DNA of 63,533 nt, counting the filler, from Octopus bimaculoides (Eukaryota), in the NCBI RefSeq assembly GCF_001194135.2. It is 10 parts of 8 records of this genome, joined end to end, with 100 filler letters (N's around TTAATTAATTAA, not from the genome) between each part and the next. Parts side by side here need not be neighbours in the genome. Positions count along the whole stretch, not along the records: positions 1 to 2,043 come from NC_068995.1; positions 2,144 to 9,765 come from NC_068983.1; 8 more parts are not named here. One strand, 5' to 3'. Under the pieces are notes generated by a model. The model was not told the origin of the DNA and made no database searches. It saw only the letters and a program-made list of their open reading frames with translations. The first letter of the stretch is position 1. The number at the start of each line of letters is the position of its first letter. Of this stretch, positions 1 through 9,713 are shown piece by piece. A program made the position numbers and the translations under genes.

Positions 1-43
<43 letters not shown>

Positions 44-169
44 GTATGTATGTATGTATGTATGTATATATGTACATCTATACTTTACGCATACTCACAT
101 ACACTCAGAGAAACACGCACACACATACACATACAGAAACACACACACTCACATATATAAATTTGTACA

Positions 170-210
<41 letters not shown>

Positions 211-220
211 NNNNNNNNNN

Positions 221-272
<52 letters not shown>

Positions 273-899
273 TACATATATATATATATACTTGTCTGTG
301 TATATTTATGTATCTACGTTTGCATCCATGGATGTGTGAACAGCTGTTTCTACGATGCGAAGAATAACAAATAAAAAAAAAACTCATCATGGCGGTAATC
401 AATACCCGGATGAGGAGACAATGGTTGCTAGTTGTGATCGAAAGCTGTTTGAGTTCTGTGCAACTGGGATGCTTTTATCACGCCAGTTGCCTCTAATTTC
501 AGCTGCTTCCCAATTGGCAAACTGGTGTAAACATGGCAGCTCCGCAAACAATCCTGCCGAGATCGAGTTAAGTATTTACAAAGGAATATCGACAGGAGTT
601 TGAATAATATACATTTATATATATATATAGATATATATACATATACATACATACATACATACATACATACATACATACATACTCGTAACGACAAGGCGTG
701 GGAGACTATTTATGGAAAATACGATAAATTCTATCTCCAGCTTTGGAGCCACAACTATCAGCCTTGTTAAATAACTGGTTAATCTTCAGAGGAATTAACT
801 GAGGGGGGTCTTTTATTCACGATCGTAGTGATTTTCGACTGAAACTTGAATTTAGCACGCAGAGAGTTACTACAAGCAACATGGCTGCAGACAACATCA

Positions 900-937
<38 letters not shown>

Positions 938-1790
938 CGCATATACATATGCACATAATATATACATATGTGTATAATGTTTATACATACAGATACACAC
1001 ACACAAATATAAATGTATATATATATATATATGTGTGTGTGAATGTATGTATGTATGTATGTATGTATGTATGAAAGCATAGGACGGGTGGCCTCATACG
1101 AGTTCTCTGCTAAAAGGCTTTGCTCAACTGGTAACTGTATTAAACTTGGCAAAGCTACTGCCTTTTATGATCGAACTTGTAAACACTTCGTTGTCGACCG
1201 TTCTTCTTAATCACGTAGGCATGCCTGCGGCCAAATACATATGTACATGCAGTTGTTATTAAGTAAACCTTATATAAGTTGGCCTGACTCCAGCAACAAC
1301 AACAACAACAACAACAACAACATATGCCAATATTGTAATTCTATCATAGCTTCACATATTACTACTCGCTGTCAAAGACAGACAACTGGTCGTTTTGACT
1401 ACACAAGCATAGTGTGATTATACTAAATGCATAAATGGGGGGAGGCTGGAGGAACGGATGTGAAGAAGTATTTTAAATAGCTAAACAAGGTACCCACGGA
1501 TATTCATATTTGCATAAATAGATTTTATGTCACACACGTATATGGACGTACATGTGTATACACATATATATGTATGTGTGTATGCGTGTGTGTAGCTATC
1601 TGCATGGTATGTGTGCCACACTGTGTCTATATACATACGCGTGTGTGCATGTGTATATGTAAATAGTTATATTTCATGTATATGTATATGTGGTGTGTGT
1701 GTGTGAGTGTGTGTATGAGTGTCTACCTGTGTGTTATTACATAATTTCACACACAGATTTTATGTATAAATATATATATACATATATATA

Positions 1791-1827
<37 letters not shown>

Positions 1828-1892
1828 CGAGAGAGAGAGAGAGAAAGGTATGTATGTCTATGTTCATAATTGAATATTTGTATATATATATA

Positions 1893-2043
1893 TATAAATG
1901 CACCGTCAAAAATCTATTACATAACTCTACTGCCACGTACATTGGTGCAACTATAAACTTTAAACATCGCTACGCAGCCCACATGCACTCTTTTAGATAC
2001 GACAAACACAGTAAATCTACAACATTAGCCAATCATATTCATC
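1893..2043 (+). mobile_element. Penelope-like element GIY-YIG endonuclease fragment
   Basis: Translation IYKCTVKNLLHNSTATYIGATINFKHRYAAHMHSFRYDKHSKSTTLANHIH matches the PLE GIY-YIG pattern (YIG..T..FK.RY..H..SF...S..LS.HIW). Cut by (TA)n on the left and a gap on the right. Confidence 0.8.
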
Positions 2044-2143
2044 NNNNNNNNNNNNNNNNNNNNNNNNNNNNNNNNNNNNNNNNNNNNTTAATTAATTAAN
2101 NNNNNNNNNNNNNNNNNNNNNNNNNNNNNNNNNNNNNNNNNNN
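2044..2143. other. Assembly linker N44-TTAATTAATTAA-N44 (12-mers at 2088, 9810, 13981, 21666, 31469, 35210, 41274, 54332, 62280)
   Basis: The identical palindromic six-frame-stop 12-mer is always embedded in N runs. Confidence 0.95.
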
Positions 2144-2191
<48 letters not shown>

Positions 2192-2510
2192 TATAATCTG
2201 TTGTACTGCATGCAGATATATATCTCAAGTCTATGTCTATCTATCGTAGTAAGTCTCTATATAAATCATTGAATATAGATGTACAAAAGTATGAGGATGT
2301 GTGTGAGTATGTACGTGTACATACATAATTACCTTAATATTTACGAAAGGTACCTGTCGAGAAGTGATATACATTATCTTAATCATCAATATATACGACA
2401 TATTTGCCAATGACAACTATATATTAGTACATATATTCAAAAAGAAAATAGTATATATATATATATATATATATATTAGAGAGAGAGAGAGAGAGAGATA
2501 GAGAGAGAGA

Positions 2511-2882
2511 AACAACTTGTTTTAAATTACTGAACGGGAGATATGCAGTAGCAATACATGATAGTAATGTTTATGTGCCAACAGAATGTGGCACTGCTAT
2601 AAAGGACGATGTTACTGTTGTTTAAGTACAAGGAAAACATCTTTTCCGGCTGTATATCGACACACGGTTTGTGTCCGTGTAGCATTTGCCAGGAATGACA
2701 TCCCTTGCAAGTGCCACACGGACACAAACTGTGTGTCGATAACTAGCTGGGAAAGATGTTTTCCTGGGGCTAAAACAACAGTAAATTCGTCCTTTATAGG
2801 ACTGCCACATCCTGTCGCCATAAAGAAACTATCCGGTAGTGTTACTGTATATCTCTCGCTCAGAGATCGAAAACACGTTGTT
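2511..2882. repeat. Long imperfect palindrome (fold-back / MITE-like), arms ~180 bp, loop ~5 nt near 2698
   Basis: Left arm ACAGAATGTGGCACTGCTATAAAGGACG...GGAAAACATCTTTTCCGGC...TCGACACACGGTTTGTGTCCGTGTAGC pairs with the reverse complement of 2701-2815. Pairing continues out to AACAACTTGTTTT / AAAACACGTTGTT. Confidence 0.9.
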
Positions 2883-3144
2883 CTTGTTTTTCTCTATACG
2901 AGATTAGCGAACGTGTTGCATAAAAAAAATATAGTATTTGCAAGTGAAGAGAGCTTTCGTCACTAGCTTTTAGTTGTCTCGGTCTGAGGACAGATAACAT
3001 CCAAAAACCTAGGTCTGTAAATATAATATAAGGCTAAAGATGGGATCGATGACCTCCTTGCAAATGAGTCCGGTGTGCTGATGTTTCTGCCAGCTAACCG
3101 TGTTAGAATCAAATGATATTAATAATAAAATAATAAACCACTAG

Positions 3145-4572
3145 AGAGCGGGACTCAGGTTTTCCTATCAATGAGATGTGTTCTTGAATTGGTTTTTTTA
3201 CAAAATGTCATTTCCCATTTGTTCACTTATGAGGTTTGTGTCCCGCCTTTCATCAAAATACACAGCGGAAAATGGTTTATGTCGCCTTCCTTTCCTGCTG
3301 CGAGGATTTACGTTTTCTGGATCGTTCTCACCTTATCTTTGATCTGTCTATAACGAAAGAACATTCCCTAGATGTACCTGCCGTTAAGTCGCTGATGATC
3401 GAATTTGTAGGAAGAACAGCAGCACGGTCTGACACAGCGGTGCGGTCACAGGTAGGAGGTATTTCTGGGAATTTCATTCGTTTTATTGGTGTTATTGAAC
3501 TTACGTTCTGGCTGACGTCTTTTCGTTTCATGGAAAATGGAATTGGAAAAACTTCATTTTAACCTGATGATCCCTTTCCAGATTCACTCCTTGATCAGAA
3601 CGTTATCAAATCAGAATGCTTTCCTGACTCAGAAAGGTGACTGTGATCTGTGATTTCTAATCAACCACTGAAATTTCTGTTTTGATACTGCTTGATCTAT
3701 CCCGTCAATGATCATTTTTCGATTTGTCCGTTGATCCTGTAAAAAATCTTGTTCTTTCTGTGGTACTTTTTTGTCTCTACTACAACTTCAGTTTTTAAAG
3801 GAATTGCACTTACAACAGGACATGTCAAATAAACCTTTTCTTGCGTTGTTCTTAAACACATTACACTTTGTTTAAAATGATGGCACGTTTTTTTCTGTTT
3901 TACACAGATTTTAGCAATGCTTGGCATTTTAGATAGAAGTTTAAGGTTTTCGGTTTACCAAAGAAGAATTATCTTTTCTGCTACAATCTTGACAATTTGC
4001 TTAATTGAAGCATCTTTCTTAACTACATTCTTTTCTTTTTCTTATTCAAATAAAACACATTTTAGTACGTCCTTGGAAATTGGCAAAACTCGCTCGCAAA
4101 GATCACATGGAGTACCAAATGCTGGATATTCAATATCATGACGTGTTATTGGCTTATGAGTCATCACTAAATGTAAACAACACGAAATTTAACACGATCG
4201 TTAATTTTAATACAATGGCCTAAAGTCAAGGTACAAAGCAGAAAACTTCACACATGTACAACGTACGTCCACACACTACCATTGCAGCAGCACTGGGGAG
4301 AAGTTCACACTCCTATTCTCTTTATTGTCAATGCAGAACCTCAAGATATTAGTCAATTGTATTGAAACTTGGTATGAAAACACTTAAGGATAATATATTT
4401 ACTGTTTTGTGATCTGCTGTGTAAAAATATGTATTCCTTACAACTTATAATCCACGAAATCCAAAATTTGACTAAAAATGGCAATTTAAAAAAGCTTCAA
4501 TAACGTCTCAATATTTAACCGCAAAGTTCTTTATACATCTTCCTTTCAAACCTAATTCACAACAAAATAATC
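3145..4572 (-). mobile_element. hAT-like (hATm-type) DNA transposon relic: 5' terminus plus N-terminal transposase
   Basis: Minus strand gives DRTAVSDRAAVL...FVIDRSKIR*ER...VYFDERRDT, resembling the DRYGVSDRA / VIDRSKIRRER / YFDGRKD transposase family. Terminus TTAGGCTGCCAAGAATCG at 4572 is homologous to 20150. Subgroup naming is from recall. Confidence 0.65.
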
Positions 4573-4887
4573 GATTCTTGGCAGCCTAACATATATGTAT
4601 ACAAAATTACAAAATATACGTGGTTATGTGTGTGAAGAAAGGATATGAGAGACTGTGAAGTTGTACTGATTATTCCGGAGCGAATTCCATCCTGAAGCTT
4701 CTTTTAAATATAAATATATTTGAGAATATTTTTTTTATCCTTTAAATTGATATACTTTGGTTGATTACATAAGATGTCAATTTTATCACGACAAAAACTA
4801 CTTACAGCTATAGAATATGAAGCAGTAATTGACTGCAATATGTAATTTTACGGAGGAAAGATTTGCGAATTGAACACTTTCCATAAA

Positions 4888-5097
4888 TACTCTTTTCTAC
4901 TCTAGGCAAAAAAAAAAGTTTAGTGGGGAGGGGGCCAGTCGATTACATCGACCTCAGTACGCAACTGGTACTTAATTTATCGATCCTGAAAGGATGAAAG
5001 GCAAAGTCGACCTCGGCGGAATTTGAGATCAGAACGTAAAGACAGACGAAATACCGCTAAGAATGTCGTCCGGTGTGCTAATGTTTCTGCCAGCTAA
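4888..5097 (-). mobile_element. tRNA-derived SINE, family B (core GTCGACTTTGCCTTTCATCC..GGTCGATAAAT.AAGTACCAG)
   Basis: Reverse complement of the copy at 34868-35030. The family is repeated more than 15 times in the window. Confidence 0.8.
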
Positions 5098-5213
5098 CCG
5101 TGTTAGAATCAAATGATATTAATAATCAAATAATAAACCACTAGTTCCATAATTTGAAATTACCAAGAAGAATCAGTAATGTACAGGGCTAGAGTAACAT
5201 CTATACATGTCTA

Positions 5214-5380
5214 TATTGCTTTCAATTTTTGCACAAGACCAGCAATTTTAGGAATTGAGGTAAGTCGATAACATTATCTTCCACGGCTCAAATGGTACTT
5301 CTTTTATCGACTCCAAAAAGATAAACGTAGACCCCAGCTGAATTTGAACTCAGACCGCAAAGACAGGTGAAATATTTCTA
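5214..5380 (-). mobile_element. SINE family B, diverged copy
   Basis: GGTACTTCTTTTATCGACTCC...GAATTTGAACTCAGA core. Confidence 0.7.
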
Positions 5381-5666
5381 TGTGGCTATATTAAAAACTA
5401 TAAGTAACACTCCAAAATCTCAATATCTATGAAACAAACTTAAATTTCAAAGATAATACCTTGATCATTTTTATTCGAAATGTAGTGGCACCATGTTAGC
5501 TTCAAAGTTTGGCTCAAGACCAGTAATTTTAGTGCTAACAATTCTGTCAGCTCGTCGCCGTATAAACCAGCACTACGTTGAATGTGCATATACCTTGGTA
5601 GAAGAGTCAACATATGTATCATTTAATTGAGCTAGCGAAAGAGAGCCAAACTAGAAACTCTAGTTA

Positions 5667-5930
5667 TACAAGATGGTATAAAAAAAGTTCGGGGACTAGT
5701 TATGTTTAGAAAAAAATGTCTAAGCGGTATTAAAACAGTGACACGTCAGCTACATTTTTATCTTCGACAAGAGATGGAAATAGGGTGGGGGTGGAGGCGA
5801 TATCGTGTTGATTTTAGTCAGAAACTCACGACTGAGGAGAGCTCGTTGTCGCAAAGGATCCAGTTGTTCGCTCTCCACAGATCCAGTGGTACTCGCTTGC
5901 CATTAGTGATGGTATTTTGATAATACTATC
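5667..5930 (+). mobile_element. Possible mariner-derived 5' terminus / MITE relic
   Basis: TACAAGATGGTATAAAAAAAGTTCGGGGACT resembles mariner TIR starts (TACGAGG..TCAAAAAGTT.CCGGACT). No partner TIR found. Confidence 0.35.
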
Positions 5931-6329
5931 ACTCTTATTTACTTATAAATAATTTTATGTATTTCGTTTGTTTAAACGTGTTTGGCCACTTCAAACGAAT
6001 TTGCAGGCATTGTGGGGACAAATTTTAGTGGTCGTTAACTACAGATTTTGATTGAGGAGAATCAAGCACCGGTTGGAGCTAAATTCGAAATCTAAGTATC
6101 AAAATTAACCAGAATTGCTTTTACTGAACTTAGCAGAGGTTAGACGGTTTTGTTTTTCACTAGAATTTTTTGCTACAATGCCTGTATTTATTTTGTTACT
6201 ATTCCTTGTCATAGAAGTAATTTTTACTTCTATTTTTAGCGCTGCAGGTACTCATGTATACCCTTGTATATTATATATATATATATATATGCAAACATAT
6301 GTATATATAAAGCATATATGTACAAGTAC

Positions 6330-6391
<62 letters not shown>

Positions 6392-6807
6392 TTATTGAAA
6401 ACAAACCGAATAAAGAATGATGGAGTCAAATCGAGTCAATTAAGCACAATAATTGATGGATGTTAGTAAACAACTGACTGCAAAGGGTGCGCACACTTTT
6501 TACTTCGTTGGAAGATACCCAAGCTGTAAAGTAAAAGCAGTATTACCTGTCAATGTATAATTGCCGCTCTGTCACTTAAAGAAGTATAATGGAAGAGAAA
6601 TCATGAAAGTAGGAATGGTTGCTTGTGTAGATATGTCAGCATTTTTTGTTTAGTAAACAACAAAGAATTTATATTAGTTTTGATGGCTGTTTAAATATTT
6701 ACTTTTAGAGTTGTTGAGAAATATTTTGAATACACTGATACCGTTTCACTTTTTTACTATGAAACGTAATTTTTTAAAATTTATTTTAGATTTCTTTTTC
6801 TTTTATT

Positions 6808-6990
6808 GTTTACTTGTTTCAATCACCTAACTGTAGTCATACTGGAGCACTGCCTTAAAGTTTTATAGACAAATAGGCTTCAGAACTACTTTTAAGTCTG
6901 GAACTAGTTTTATTGTTCCCATATGTATATCCTCTTAGTTAAGGAGACGAAAACAAATCTACACTGGTTGTTAAATAGCGACGGGAGAAC
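6808..6990 (-). mobile_element. SINE family A, 3' part
   Basis: TTTACTTGTTTCAATC...CATACTGGAGCACTGCC matches 48659 and 19552. Confidence 0.7.
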
Positions 6991-7031
6991 AGACCCGAAG
7001 GCACACAAACACACACTCACTCAGACATATG

Positions 7032-7069
<38 letters not shown>

Positions 7070-7572
7070 TATAGATAGATAGATAGATAGATATCTTTGT
7101 GGCCAGACTATAGATTTCACTGTTTTTTAAGACATGAAAGATTTGCTGGATTGTGTTCGAGATATGGATAATACATTGAAATATTTTATGACCGATTGGG
7201 GGAGGGGGTAAAATGTGGATTTGGAGGTGGATTTTGATAAAATACATTATTATAAAACAGAAAAAACACTGACCTCTGTATGGGCCATCGAAATATAATA
7301 TCGTTAACGCTAATAAAATTTAAAGATGTAAATTATAACTGATAATGTGTATCTCAGTTAAAAATGAAATTAAAACTTCCGAAAGTTATAATTGAATTTA
7401 AGATTTAAGTATTTTTTATGAAAGTGAATATTTAAATGTAATAATTTAGTATGATACTGTTAAGAAATTGATTAGTTGAAACTTTACAAATTTGAAAAAT
7501 TTGATTAATTTGTATCAGTAGTGTTGTTAATTAATTTGTATAAAGTGAAATTAGTTGTATAAAGTAATCCAA

Positions 7573-8083
7573 TGGTTAGTAAATTCAAGAAGTTAATATG
7601 GAAGAGAGGTGTTAAAGTGAAATATTTACAATGAAAAATGAAAAATAAAACAATATAGAAATGAAAAAATATATTACAAAATATTGAAAAGTCTCCTTCA
7701 AAGACAAATACAAGTAAATCGCTTTAAAGTAGTAAAAATTGTGGTTAGTAAATTTAACAAGTTAATATGGAAGAGAGGTGTTGTTATATCGCACGTACGG
7801 ATGACGTCTCCTCAACTCTCAATTCCGATCCACTCGACTCTTCTCTACCTAACTCGCCGTCTAGTCTACCAACAGCTCTTTCGCTCGACGCTTTTCGTCT
7901 AGCTATTTATACGTATTGGACTAGCCTACTTATCGCCTGGGGACGTCCACACAACAGGTGTCAAAGTGAAATATTAACAATGAAAAATAAAACAATATAC
8001 AAATGAAAAAATATATTACAAAATATTGAGAAGTCTCCTTTAGGGAGAAATACGAGTAAAGCGCTTTAAAGTAGTAAAAATTG
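7573..8083. repeat. ~169-bp tandem duplication; second unit interrupted by a solo LTR
   Basis: TGGTTAGTAAATT...GAAGAGAGGTGT...GCTTTAAAGTAGTAAAAATTG occurs at 7573-7741 and 7742-8083. Confidence 0.9.
7782..7956 (-). mobile_element. Solo LTR (175 bp) with 5-bp TSD GGTGT
   Basis: Termini TGTTAT...ACAACA. GGTGT at 7777-7781 and 7957-7961. TATAAATA on the minus strand. The uninterrupted paralogous unit has a single GGTGT. Confidence 0.85.
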
Positions 8084-8562
8084 AATTAATCACAAAATTG
8101 AAAGCGAACTTTTAACAATGCGGCAAGGGAAACTAGCGCAACCTTTATGTATTTCAAGCTCAAAGGTTCAGCATTAGAAGAATACGGTTAAGAAATGTGA
8201 GTTTATGTAAATCCTACCATTTTGATTACCAAATGGGCAGTGACCCCTCACTTTGTTAGGCGAATGCCATACAGCAGCAGCCTCTCGAAATTGATGTTGT
8301 CGATGGCCATAGAGATCGCAGTTCGTGCGGTAGTAGACGGCAAGCTATAGTTTGACAGTACCAAGAATGCCACTAATTTACAGCTTAGCCATCTATCAAA
8401 ATTGCAGGAACGGCAAAACCTCAAATTTTTAAACATGTTACTTGTGATGACGGACTTTTGAACCTGGAAGATATATAAGGTTTACTCAACTTCTCTTTTC
8501 GCATTGTTAAAAGTTCTCCCTCGCTTTTTGTTATTTTCTTTACGTGTTACAATGCTTTAAGC

Positions 8563-8837
8563 CAGTGGTTCCCAAAGCGGGCGGTATTGCCCCCTGGGGT
8601 GGTGGAAAGATCCAGGGTCGGGGCGTTGAAGAAAATTGGGATGATAATAGGGTGGCCAAAATGGGGTGATAGATGTAGAAAAAATATTAATAGGTTTAAG
8701 TTTTATTTCTGAAACATAGTTGTTTTGAATTTACAGCAGAAAGTGGTCGATATTTGTAGTGGAAATGGTGAAGGGGGCTCTTGGAAAGTGGCCTGGGTAC
8801 CAAGGGGGCAGCAGCCTGAAACTCTCGAGAACCACTG
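8563..8837. mobile_element. hAT/Charlie-like MITE
   Basis: Termini CAGTGGTTCCCA ... GAGAACCACTG, 275 bp. TSD only partly matching. Confidence 0.7.
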
Positions 8838-9296
8838 CTTCATAAAGGTCTTATAAAAGAACCACTGCTTTATAAAGCTCTTATAAAAACCTATACGGCC
8901 AAAAAGTCAGTTATACGGAAATTCGGTTGTCCTCTTACAAATCTACCGCCTTATACAGAGTTTCAGCCAACGCAAATCATCCTTTTTTTCCCCCATTAAC
9001 AACTCAGATCAATTTTGACAAAGTTATAATGAGAACACTGTCTTCTAAATGCACAACGTATGACTGGTCTATGAGAAATTAGCCCCGCAAAATAGCCGTG
9101 AGAGTTATCATGACATAGATTACAATTCGCAAGAAATGTTCTAACAACACACTCAATGGTTGTTATACGCAACATAGATAATAATTCATGTTGCCATGTG
9201 ATATTTCTGAAGCGCTATTATGGTATTATGATATACATGGGGTGGAAATTTAAGTAGGAAAAGCAGCATTTCTGGAAAATATGTTTAATAACAATA

Positions 9297-9411
9297 TTCT
9301 TTTCTACTCTTGGTACAAGGCCCGAAACTTTGGGGGAGGACGCTAGTCGCATCTGGTATTTAATTACTGACCCCGAAAGGATGTAAAGCAAAGTCAACCT
9401 CAGCGGAATTT
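9297..9411 (-). mobile_element. SINE family B, partial
   Basis: CCCCGAAAGGATGTAAAGCAAAGTCAACCTCAGCGGAATTT core. Confidence 0.75.
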
Positions 9412-9482
9412 TCATTTAGTAACAATATTAGAAATACTTTGTGTGTATATGCGAATATATATATATAAATGTGGGAGTATCA

Positions 9483-9516
<34 letters not shown>

Positions 9517-9682
9517 ATCTATGTATTGATGTATGTATCTATGTATATGAATGTGTGTTCCAGATAGAGACAGATAGACAGACAGACAGAATGTATAATC
9601 AATGGTCTCCTATGCGCTCAATTTTAGTTTATCTGTCTATCTATCTATATACATCAGGTGTGTGTGTATGTATGTATGTATG

Positions 9683-9713
<31 letters not shown>

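Noticed and set aside
395-450. CCGGATGAGG...GATCGAAAGC hammerhead-like motif
   Set aside because: The core is mutated (CGGAUGA) and no convincing stem II or stem I pairing can be drawn.
2527-2966. Cys-containing ORFs on both strands that look EGF- or toxin-like
   Set aside because: They overlap the palindrome, mirror each other on the two strands, and lack canonical Cys spacing and splice sites.
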